Below are positions 30,560-45,119 of a stretch of DNA of 64,000 nt, one piece after another. Position numbers and translations under genes: made by a program. The DNA comes from the human T2T-CHM13v2.0 reference genome, Homo sapiens. Where the stretch lies: assembly GCF_009914755.1 (NCBI RefSeq), contig NC_060939.1; one strand, written 5' to 3'. Under the pieces are notes generated by a model, which saw nothing but the letters and a program-made list of their open reading frames with translations, was not told the DNA's origin and searched no databases. How positions within the stretch are numbered: the first letter of the stretch is position 1; every line of letters begins with the position of its first letter.

Positions 30560-33500
30560 ATACTGTGCATAAAATATCAAAGTACCCCAAATATATATTA
30601 TATACTCTACATGAAATATCAAAGTTCACAAACTATATATTATATACTGTACAAAAAATATCAAAGTACCCGAGGTATATATTCTATACTGTACAAAAAA
30701 TATCAAAGTACACAAAGCATGTATTATATACTGTACATAAAATATGAAAGTACATCAAATATATATTTTATTCTGTACATAAAATATCAAAGTACACCAG
30801 ATATATATTCTATAGTGTACATAAAATAACAAAGTACAAAAACTATACATTATATAGTGTACATAAAATACGAAATTACATCAAATATATATTAGGTACA
30901 TAAAATATGAAAGTACATCAAAGATAGATTATATACTGTAGATAAAATATCAAAGTACCCCAAATATATATTATATACTCTACATGAAATATCAAAGTTC
31001 ACAAACTATATATTATATACTGTACATAAAATATCAAAGTACCCAAGGTATATATTCTATACTGTACAAAAAATATCAAAGTACCCAAAGCATGTATTAT
31101 ATACTGTATATAAAATATGAAAGTACATCAAATATATATTTTATTCTGTACATAAAATATCAAAGTACACCAGATATATATTCTATAGTTTACATAAAAT
31201 AACAAAGTACACAAACTATAAATTATATACTGTACATAAAATATGAAATTACATCAAATATATATTAGGTACATAAAATATGAAAGTACATCAAATATAG
31301 ATTATATACTGTACATATAATATCAATGTACCCCAAATATATATTTTATACTCTACATGAAATATCAAAGTTCACAAACCATACATTATATACTGTACAT
31401 AAAATATCAAAGTACCCAAGGTATATATTCTATACTGTACAAAAAATATCAAAGTACCCAAAGCATGTATTATATACTGTACATAAAATATGAAAGTACA
31501 TGAAATATATATTTTATTCTGTACATAAAATATCAAGGTACCCCAGATATATATTCTATAGTGTACATAAAATATCAAAGTACCCAGACTATAAATTATA
31601 TACTGTACATAAAATATGAAATTACATCAAATATATATTATATTAGGTACATAAAATATGAAAGTACATCAAATATAGATTATATACTGTACATTAAATA
31701 CGAAAGTACCCCAAGTATATATTTTATACTGTACATGAAATATCAAAATTCACAAACTATATATTATATACTGTACATAAAATATCAAAGTACCCAAGGT
31801 ATATATTCTATACTGTACAAAAAATATCAAAGTACCCAAAGCATGTATTATATACTGTATATAAAATATGAAAGTACATTACATATATATTTTATTCTGT
31901 ACATAAAGCATCAAAGTACACCAGATATATATTCTATAGTGTACATAAAATAACAAAGTACACAAACTATAAATTATATACTGTACATAAAATATGAAAT
32001 TACATCAAATATATATTATATTAGGTACACAAAATACGAAAGTACATCAAATATAGATTATATACTGTACATAAAATATGAAAGTACCCCAATATATATT
32101 ATATACTGTACATGAAATTTCAAAGTTCACAAACTATATATTATGTACTGTACATAAAATATCAAAGTACCCAAGGTATATATTCTATACTGTACAAAAA
32201 ATATCAAAGTACCCAAAGCATGTATTATATACTGTACATAAAATATGAAAGTACATCAAATATATATTTTATTCTGTACATAAAATATCAAAGAACACCA
32301 GATATATATTCTATAGTGTACATAAAATATCAAAGTACCCAAACTATACATTATATACTGTACATAAAATATGAAATTACATCATATATATATTATATTA
32401 GGTACATAAAATATGAAAGTACATCAAATATAGATTATATACTGTACATTAAACAGCAAAGTACCCCAAATATATATTTTATACTGTACATGAAATATCA
32501 AAGTTCACAAACTATATATTATATACTGTACATATAATATCAAAGTACCCAAGGTATATATTCTATACTGTACAAAAAATAACAAAGTCCCAAAAGCATG
32601 TATTATATACTGTACCTAAAATATAAAAGTACATCAAATATATATTTTATTCTGTACATAAAATATCAAAGTACACCAGATATATATTCTATAGTGTACA
32701 TAAAATATCAAAATACCCAAACTATACATTATATACTGTACATAAAATATGAGATTACATGAAATATATATTATATTAGGTACATAAAATATGAAAGTAC
32801 ATCAAATATAGATTATATACTGTACATAAAATATCAAAGTACCCCAAATATATATTATATACTCTACATGAAATATCAAAGTTCACAAACTATATATTAT
32901 ATACTGTACATAAAATATCAAAGTACCCAAGGTATATATTCTATACTGCACAAAAAATATCAAAGTACCCAAAGCATATATTATATACTGTATATAAAAT
33001 ATGAAAGTACAACAAATATATATTTTATTCTGTACATAAAATATCAAAGTACACCAGATATATATTCTATAGTGTACATAAAATAACAAAGTACACAAAC
33101 TATAAATTATATACTGTACATAAAATATGAAATTACATCAAATATATATTAGGTACATAAAATATGAAAGTACATCAAATATAGATTATATACTGTACAT
33201 AAAATATCAATGTACCCCAAATATATATTTTATACTCTACATGAAATATCAATGTTCAGGAACCATATATTATATACTGTACATAAAATATCAAAGTACA
33301 CAATGTATATATTCTATACTGTACAAAAAATATCAAAGTACCCAAAGCATGTATTATATACTGTACATAAAATATGAAAGTACATCAAATATATATTTTA
33401 TTCTGTACAAAAAAATCAAAGTACACCAGACATATATTCAATAGTGTACATAAAATATCAAATTACCCAAATTATACATTATATACTGTACATAAAATAT

Positions 33501-36500
33501 GAAATTACATCAAATATATTTTATATTAGGTACATAAAATATGAAACTACATCAAATATAGATTATATACTGTACATTAAATAGCAAAGTACCCCAAATA
33601 TATATTTTATACTGTACATGAAATATCAAAGTTCACAAACTATATATTATATACTGTACATATAATATCAAAGTACCCGAGATATATATTCTATACTGCA
33701 CAAAAAATATCAAAGTACCAAAAGCATGTATTATATATTGTACCTAAAATATGAAAGTACATCAAATATATATTTTATTCTGTACATAAAATATATAAGT
33801 ACACCAGATATATATTCTATAGTGTACATAAAATATCAAAGTACCCTAACTATACATTATATACTGTACATAAAATATGAAATTACATCAAATATATATT
33901 AGGTACATAAAATATGAAAGTACATCAAATATAGATTATATACTGTACATAAAATATCAAAGTACCCCAAATATATATTATATACTCTACATGAAATATC
34001 AAAGTTCACAAACTATATATTATATACTGTACATAAAATATCAAAGTACACAAGGTATATATTCTATACTGTACAAAAAATATCAAAGTACCCAAAGCAT
34101 GTATTATATACTGTACATAAAATATGAAAGTACATCAAATATATATTTCATTCTGTACATAAAATATCAAATTACACCAGATATATATTCTATAGTGTAC
34201 ATAAAATAACAAAGTACACAAACTATATATTATATACTGTACATAAAATATGAAATTACATCAAATATATATTAGGTACATAAAATATGAAAGTACATCA
34301 AATATAGATTATATACTGTACATAAAATATCAATGTACCCCAAATATATATTTTATACTCTACATGAAATATCAAAGTTCACAAACCATATATTATATAC
34401 TGTAAATAAAATATCAAAGTACCAAAGGTATACATTCTATACTATACAAAAAATATCAAACTACCCAAAGCATGTATTATATACTGTACATAAAATATGA
34501 AAGTACATCAAATATATATTTTATTCTGTACATAAAATATCAAAGTACACCAGATATATATTCTATAGTGTACATAAAATATCAAAATACCCAAACTATA
34601 CATTATATACTGTACATAAAATATGAGATTACATCAAATATATATTATATTAGGTACATAAAATATGAAAGTACATCAAATATAGATTATACACTGTACA
34701 TAAAATATGAAAGTACCCCAAATATATATTATGTACTCTACATGAAATATCAAAGTTCACAAACTATATATTATATACTGTACATAAAATATCAAAGTAC
34801 CCAAGGTATATATTCTATACTATACAAAAAATATCAAAGTTCCCAAAGCATGTATTATATACTGTATATAAAATATGAAAGTACATTAAAGATATATTTT
34901 ATTCTGTACATAAAATATCAAAGTACACCAGATATATATTCTATAGTGTACATAGAATAACAAAGTACACAAACTATAAATTATATACTGTACATAAAAT
35001 ATGAAATTACATCAAATATATATTAGGTACATAAAATATGAAAGTACATCAAATATAGATTATATACTGTACATATAATATCAATGTACCCCAAATATAT
35101 ATTTTATACTCTACATGAAATATCAGAGTTCACAAACCATACATTATATACTGTACATAAAATATCAAAGTACCCAAGGTATATATTCTATACTGTACAA
35201 AAAATATCAAAGTACACAAAGCATGTATTATATACTGTACATAAAATATGAAAGTACATCAAATATATATTTTATTCTGTACATAAAATATCAAAGTACA
35301 CCAGATATATATTCTATAGTGTACATAAAATATCTAAGTACCCAAACTATACATTATATACTGTACATAAAATATGAAATTACATCAAATATATATTAGG
35401 TACATAAAATATGAAAGTACATCAAATATAGATTATATACTGTGCATAAAATATCAAAGTACCCCAAATATATATTATATACTCTACATGAAATATCAAA
35501 GTTCACAAACTATATATTATATACTGTACATAAAATATCAAAGTACCCAAGGTATATATTCTATACTGTACAAAAAATATCAAAGTACACAAAGCATGTA
35601 TTATATACTGTACATAAAATATGAAAGTACATCAAATATATATTTTATTCTGTACATAAAATATCAAAGTACACCAGATATATATTCTATAGTGTACATA
35701 AAATAACAAAGTACAAAAACTATACATTATATAGTGTACATAAAATACGAAATTACATCAAATATATATTAGGTACATAAAATATGAAAGTACATCAAAG
35801 ATAGATTATATACTGTAGATAAAATATCAAAGTACCCCAAATATATATTATATACTCTACATGAAATATCAAAGTTCACAAACTATATATTATATACTGT
35901 ACATAAAATATCAAAGTACCCAAGGTATATATTCTATACTGTACAAAAAATATCAAAGTACCCAAAGCATGTATTATATACTGTATATAAAATATGAAAT
36001 TACATCAAATATATATTTTATTCTGTACATAAAATATCAAAGTACACCAGATATATATTCTATAGTTTACATAAAATAACAAAGTACACAAACTATAAAT
36101 TATATACTGTACATAAAATATGAAATTACATCAAATATATATTAGGTACATAAAATATGAAAGTACATCAAATATAGATTATATACTGTACATATAATAT
36201 CAATGTACCCCAAATATATATTTTATACTCTACATGAAATATCAAAGTTCACAAACCATATATTATATACTGTACATAAAATATCAAAGTACCCAAGGTA
36301 TATATTCTATACTGTACAAAAAACATCAAAGTACCCAAAACATGTATTATATACTGTACATAAAATATGAAAGTACAACAAATATATATTTTATTCTGTA
36401 CATAAAATATTAAAGTACACCAGATATATATTCTATAGTGTACATAAAATATCAAAGTACCCAAACTATACATTATATACTGTACATAAAATATGAAATT

Positions 36501-37330
36501 ACATCAAATATATTTTATATTAGGTACATAAAATATGAAAGTACATCAAATATAGATTATATACTGTACATTAAATACGAAAGTACCCCAAATATATATT
36601 TTATACTGTACATGAAATATCAAAGTTCACAAACTATATATTATATACTGTACATAAAATATCAAAGTACCCAAGGTATATATTCTATACTGTGCAAAAA
36701 ATATCAAAGTACCCAAAGCATGTATTATATACTGTATATAAAATATGAAAGTACATCAAATATATATTTTATTCTGTACATAAAATATCAAAGTACACCA
36801 GATATATATTCTATAGTGTACATAAAATATCAAAGTACCCAAACTATACATTATATACTGTACATAAAATACGAAATTACATCAAATATATATTATATTA
36901 GGTACATAAAATACGAAAGTACATCAAATATAGATTATATACTGTACATAAAATATCAAAGTACCCCAATATATATTATATACTGTACATGAAATATCAA
37001 AGTTCACAAACTATATATTATGTACTGTACATAAAATATCAAAGTACCCAAGGTATATATTCTATATTGTACAAAAAATATCAAAGTACCCAAAGCATGT
37101 ATTATATACTGTACATAAAATATGAAAGTACATCAAATATATATTTTATTCTGTACATAAAATATCAAAGAACACCAGATATATATTCTATAGTGTACAT
37201 AAAATATCAAAGTACCCAAACTATACATTATATACTGTACATAAAATATGAAATTACATCATATATATATTATATTAGGTAAATAAAATATGAAAGTACA
37301 TCAAATATAGATTATATACTGTACATTAAG
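30560..37330 (+). repeat. Dispersed duplication at 4877-bp offset (about 30.56-32.45 kb matches about 35.44-37.33 kb)
   Basis: ORF pairs 30565/35442, 30984/35861, 31372/36249, 31561/36438, 32112/36989. Shared rare variants include AAATACGAAATT, CAAAGATAGATT, CTGTAGATAA, TAGTTTACAT, AAAGAACACC and ACATCATATA. Confidence 0.85.
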
Positions 37331-40300
37331 TACCAAAGAACCCCAAATATATATTTTATACCGTACATGAAATATCAAAGTTCACAAACTATATATTATA
37401 TACTGTACATAAAATATCAAAGTACCCAAGGTATATATTCTATACTGTACAAAAAATATCAAAGTACCCAAAGCATGTATTATAAACTGTTAATAAAATA
37501 TGAAAGTACATCAAATATATATTTTATTCTGTACATAATATATCAAAGTACACCAGATATATATTCTATAGTGTACATAAAATATCAAAGTACCCAAACT
37601 ATACATTATATACTGTACATAAAATATGAAATTACATCAAATATATATTATATTAGGTACATAAAATATGAAAGTACATCAAATATAGATTATATACTGT
37701 ACATAAAATATCAAAGTACCCCAAATATATATTATATACTCTACATGAAATATCAAAGTTCACAAACTATATATTATATACTGTACATAAAATATCAAAG
37801 TACCCAAGGTATATATTCTATACTGCACAAAAAATATCAAAGTACCCTAAGCATGTATTATATACTGTATATAAAATATGAAAGTACATCAAATATATAT
37901 TTTATTCAGTACATAAAATATCAAAGTACACCAGATATATATTCTATAGTGTACATAAAATAACAAAGTACACAAACTATACATTATATACTGTACATAA
38001 AATATGAAATTACATCAAATATATACTACGTACATAAAATATGAAAGTACATCAAATATAGATTATATACTGTACATAAAATATCAATGTATCCCAAATA
38101 TATATTTTATACTCTACATGAAATATCAAAGTTCAGAAACCATATATTATATACTGTACATAAAATATCAAAGTACCCAAGGTATATATTCTATACTGTA
38201 CAAAAAATATCAAAGTACCCAAAGCATGTATTATATACTGTACATAAAATATGAAAGTACATCAAATATATATTTTATTCTGTACAAAGAAATCAAAGTA
38301 CACCAGACATATATTCTATAGTGTACATAAAATATCAAAGTACCCAAATTATACATTATATACTGTACATAAAATATGAAATTACATCAAATATATTTTA
38401 TATTAGGTACATAAAATATGAAACTACATCAAATATAGATTATATACTGTGCATAAAATATCAAAGTACCCCAAATATATATTATATACTCTACATGAAA
38501 TATCAAAGTTCACAAACCATACATTATATACTGTACATAAAATATCAAAGTACCCAAGGTATATATTCTATACTGTACAAAAAATATCAAAGTACACAAA
38601 GCATGTATTATATACTGTACATAAAATATGAAAGTACATCAAATATATATTTTATTCTGTACATAAAATATCAAAGTACACCAGATATATATTCTATAGT
38701 GTACATAAAATATCTAAGTACCCAAACTATACATTATATACTGTACATAAAATATGAAATTACATCAAATATATATTAGGTACATAAAATATGAAAGTAC
38801 ATCAAATATAGATTATATACTGTGCATAAAATATCAAAGTACCCCAAATATATATTATATACTCTACATGAAATATCAAAGTTCACAAACTATATATTAT
38901 ATACTGTACATAAAATATCAAAGTACCCAAGGTATATATTCTATACTGTACAGAAAATATCAAAGTACCCAAAGCATGTATTATATACTGTATATAAAAT
39001 AAGAAAGTACATTAAATATATATTTTATTCTGTACATAAAATATCAAAGTACACCAGATATATATTCTATAGTGTACATAAAATAACAAAGTACACAAAC
39101 TATACATTATATACTGTACATAAAATATGAAATTACATCAAATATATATTAGGTACATAAAATATGAAAGTACATCAAATATAGATTATATACTGTACAT
39201 AAAATATCAATGTACCCCAAATATATATTTTATACTCTACATGGAATATCAAAGTTCACAAACCATATATTATATACTGTACATAAAATATCAAAGTACC
39301 CAATGTATATATTCTATACTATACAAAAAATATCAAAGTACCCAAAGCATGCATTATATACTGTACATAAAATATGAAAGTACATCAAATATATATTTTA
39401 TTCTGTACATAAAATATCAAAGTACACCAGATATATATTCTATAGTGTACATAAAATATCAAAATACCCAAACTATACATTATATACTGTACATAAAATA
39501 TGAGATTACATCAAATATATATTATATTAGGTACATAAAATATGAAAGTACTTCAAATATAGATCATATACTGTACATAAAATATCAAATACCCCAAATA
39601 TATATTATATACTCTACATGAAATATCAAAGTTCACAAACTATATATTATATACTGTACATAAAATATCAAAGTACCCAAGGTATATATTCTATACTGTA
39701 CAGAAAATATCAAAGTACCCAAAGCATGTATTATATACTGTATATAAAATAAGAAAGTACATTAAATATATATTTTATTCTGTACATAAAATATCAAAGT
39801 ACACCAGATATATATTCTATAGTGTACATAAAATAACAAAATACCCAAACTATAAATTATATACTGTACATAAAATATGAAATTACATCAAATATATATT
39901 ATATTAGGTACATAAAATATGAAAGTACATCAAATATAGATTATATACTGTACATTAAATACCAAAGTACCCCAAATATATATTTTATACTGTACATGAA
40001 ATATCAAAGTTCACAAACTATATATTTTATACTGTACATAAAATATCAAAGTACCCAAGGCATATATTCTATACTGTACAAAAGATATCAAAGTACCCAA
40101 AGCATGTATTATATACTGTACATAAAATATGAAAGTACATCAAATATATATTTTATTCTGTACATAAAATATCAAAGTACACCAGATATATATTCTATAG
40201 TGTACATAAAATATCAAAGTACCCAAACTATTTATTATATACTGTACATAAAATATGAAATTACATCAAATATATATTATATTAGGTACATAAAATATGA

Positions 40301-43300
40301 AAGTACATCAAATATAGATTATATGCTGTACATTAAATACCAAAGTACCCCAAATATATATTTTATACTGTACATGAAATATCAAAGTTCACAAACTATA
40401 TATTATATACTGTACATAAAAGATCAAAGTACCCAAGGTATATATTCTATACTTTACAAAAAATATCAAAGTACCCAAAGCACGTATTATATACTGTACA
40501 TAAAATATGAAAGTACATCAAATATATATTTTAATCTGTACATAAAATATCAAAGTACACCAGATATATATTCTATAGTGTACATAAAATATCAAAGTAC
40601 CCAAACTATACATTATATACTGTACATAAAATATGAAATTACATCAAATCTATATTAGGTACATAAAATATGAAAGTACATCAAATATAGATTATATACT
40701 GTACATAAAATATCAAAGTACCCCAAATATATATTATATACTCTACATGAAATATCAAAGTTCACAAACTATATATTATATACTGTACATAAAATATCAA
40801 AGTAACCAAGGTATATATTCTATACTGTACAAAAAATATCAAAGTACCCAAAGGAGGTATTATATACTGTACATAAAATATGAAAGTACATCAAATATAT
40901 ATTTTATTCTGTACATAAAATATCAAAGTACACCAGATATATATTCTATATTGTACATAAAGTAACAAAGTACACAAACTATACATTATATACTGTACAT
41001 AAAATATGAAATTACATCATATATATATTAGGTACATAAAATATGAAAGTACATCAAATATAGATTATATACTGTACATATAATATCAATGTACCCCAAA
41101 TATATATTTTATACTCTACATGAAATATCAAAGTTCACAAACCATACATTATATACTGTACATAAAATATCAAAGTACCCAAGGTATATATTCTACACTG
41201 TACAAAAAATATCAAAGTACCCAAAGCATGTATTATATACTGTACATAAAATATGAAAGTACATCAAATATATATTTTATTCTGTACATAAAATATCAAG
41301 GTACACCAGATATATATTCTATAGTGTACATAAAATATCAAAGTACCCAAACTATACATTATATACTGTACATAAAATATGAAATTACATCAAATATATA
41401 TTAAGTACATAAAATATGAAAGTACATCAAATATAGATTATATACTGTACATAAAATATCAATGTACCCCAAATATATATTTTATACTCTACATGAAATA
41501 TCAAATTTCACAAACTATATATTATATACTGTACATAAATATCAAAGTACCCAAGGTATATATTCTATACTGTACAAAAAATATCAAAGTACCCAAAGCA
41601 TGTATTATATACTGTACATAAAATATGAAAGTACATCAAATATATATTTTATTCTGTACATAAAATATCAAAGTACACCAGATATATATTCTATAGTGTA
41701 CATAAAATAACAAAGTACACAAACTATAAATTATATACTGTACATAAAATATGAAATTACATCAAATATATATTAGGTACATAAAATATGAAAGTGCATC
41801 AAATATAGATTATATACTGTACATAAAATATCAATGTACCCCAAATATATATTTTATACTCTACATGAAATATCAAAGTTCACAAACCATATATTATATA
41901 CTGTACATAAAATATCAAAGTACCCAAGGTATATATTCTATACTGTACAAAAAATATCAAAGTACACAAAGCATGTATTATATACTGTACATACAATATG
42001 AAAGTACATCAAATATATATTTTATTCTGTACATAAAATATCAAAGTACACCAGATATATATTCTATAGTGTACATAAAATATGAAAGTACCCAAACTAT
42101 ACATTATACACTGTACATAAAATATGAAATTACATCAAATATATATTATATTGGGTACATAAAATATGAAAGCACATCAAATATAGATTATATACTGAAC
42201 ATTAAATACCAAAGTACCCCAAATATATATTTTATACTGTACATCAAATATCAAAGTTCACTAACTATATATTATATACTCTACATAAAATATCAAAGTA
42301 CCCATGGTATATATTCTATACTGTACAAAAAATATCAAAGTACCCAAAGCATGTATTATATACTGTACATAAAATATGAAAGTACATCAAATATATATTT
42401 TATTCTGTATATAAAATATCAAAGTACACCAGATATATATTCTATAGTGTACATAAAATATCAAAGTACCCAAACTATACATTATATACTGTACATAAAA
42501 TATGAAATTACATCAAATATATATTATATTAGGTACATAAAATATGAAAGTACATCAAATATAGATTATATACTGTACATAAAACATCAAAGTACCCCAA
42601 ATATATATTATATACTCTACATGAAATATCAAAGTTCACAAACTATATATTATATACTATACATAAAATATCAAAGTACCCAAGGTATATATTCTATACT
42701 GTACAAAAAATATCAAAGTACCCAAAGCATGTATTATATACTGTACATAAAATATGAAAGTACATCAAATATATATTTTATTCTGTACTTAAAATATCAA
42801 AGTACACCAGATATATATTCTATAGTGTACATAAAATAACAAAGTACACAAACTATAAATTATATACTGTACATAAAATATGCAATTACATCAAATATAT
42901 TTTAGGTACATAAAATATGAAAGTACATCAAATATAGATTATATACTGTACATATAATATCAATGTACCCCAAATATATATTTTATACTCTACATGAAAT
43001 ATCAAAGTTCACAAACCATACATTATATACTGTACATAAAATATCAAAGTACCCAAGGTATATATTCTATACTGTACAAAAAATATCAAACTACCCAAAC
43101 CATGTATTATATACTGTACATAAAATATGAAAGTACATCAAATATATATTTTATTCTGTACATAAAATATAAAAGTACACCAGATATATATTCTATAGTG
43201 TACATAAAATATCAAAGTACCCAAACTATACATTATATACTGTACATAAAATATGAAATTACATCAAATATATATTATATTAGGTACATAAAATATGAAA

Positions 43301-45119
43301 GTACATGAAATATAGATTATATACTGTTCATAAAATATCAAAGTACCCCAAATATATATTATATACTCTACATGAAATATCAAAGTTCACAAACTATATA
43401 TTATATACTGTACATAAAATATCATAGTACCCAAGGTATATATTCTATACTGTAGAAAAAATATCAAAGTATCCAAAGCATGTATTATATACTGTATATA
43501 AAATATGAATGTACTTTAAATATATATTTTATTCTGTACATAAAATATCAAAGTACACCAGATATATATTCTATAGTGTACATAAAATAACAAAGTACAC
43601 AAACTATAAATTATATACTGTACATAAAATATGAAATTACATCAAACATATATTAGGTACATAAAATATGAAAGTACATCAAATATAGATTATATACTGT
43701 ACATATAATATCAATGTACCCCAAATATATATTTTATACTCTACATGAAATATCAAAGTTTACAAACCATACATTATATACTGTACATAAAATATCAAAG
43801 TACCCAAGGTATATATTCTATAATGTACAAAAAATATCAAAGTACCCAAAGCATGTATTATATACTGTACATAAAATATGAAAGTACATCCAATATATAT
43901 TTTATTCTGTACATAAAATATCAAAGTACACCAGATATATATTCTATAGTGTACATAAAATATCAAAGTACCCAAACAATACATTATACACTGTACATAA
44001 AATATGAAATTACATCAAATATATATTAGGTACATTAAATATGAAAGTACATCAAATATAGATTATAAACTGTACATAAAATATCAAAGTACCACAAATA
44101 TATATTATATACTCTACATGAAATATCAAAGTTCACAAACTATATATTATATACTGTAAATAAAATATCAAAGTACCCAAGGTATATATTCTATACTGTA
44201 CAAAAAATATCAAAGTACCCAAAGCATGTATTATATACTGTACATAAAATATGAAAGTACATCAAATATATATTTTATTCTGTACATAAAATATCAAAGT
44301 ACACCAGATATATATTCTATAGTGTACATAAAATAACAAAGTACACAAACTATAAATTATATACTGTACATAAAATATGAAATTACATCAAATATATATT
44401 AGGTACAAAAAATATGAAAGTGCATCAAATATAGATTATATACTGTACATAAAATATCAATATACCCCAAATATATATTTTATACTCTACATGAAATATC
44501 AAAGTTCACAAACCATATATTATATACTGTACATAAAATATCAAAGTACCCAAGGTATATATTCTATACTGTACAAAAAATATCAAAGTACACAAAGCAT
44601 GTATTAAATACTGTACATAAAATATGAAAGTACATCAAATATATATTTTATTCTGTACATAAAATATCAAAGTACACCAGATATATATTCTATAGTGTAC
44701 ATAAAATATCAAAGTACCCAAACTATACATTATACACTGTACATAAAATATGAAATTACATCAAATATATATTATATTAGGTACATAAAATATGAAAGCA
44801 CATCAAATATAGATTATATACTGAACATTAAGTACCAAAGTACCCCAAATATATATTTTATAGTGTACATCAAATATCAAAGTTCACAAACTATACATTA
44901 TATACTGTACATAAAATATCAAAGTACCCAAGGTATATATTCTACACTGTACAAAAAATATCAAAGTACCCAAAGCATGTATTATATACTGTACATAAAA
45001 TATGAAAGTACATCAAATATATATTTTATTCTGTACATAAAATATCAAAGTACACCAGATATATATTCTATAGTGTACATAAAATATCAAAGTACCCAAA
45101 CTATACATTATATACTGTA

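Noticed and set aside
605-43984. Short hydrophobic - strand ORFs (e.g. 18043-18267)
   Set aside because: These are antisense translations of the same satellite. The hydrophobicity reflects T-rich codons.
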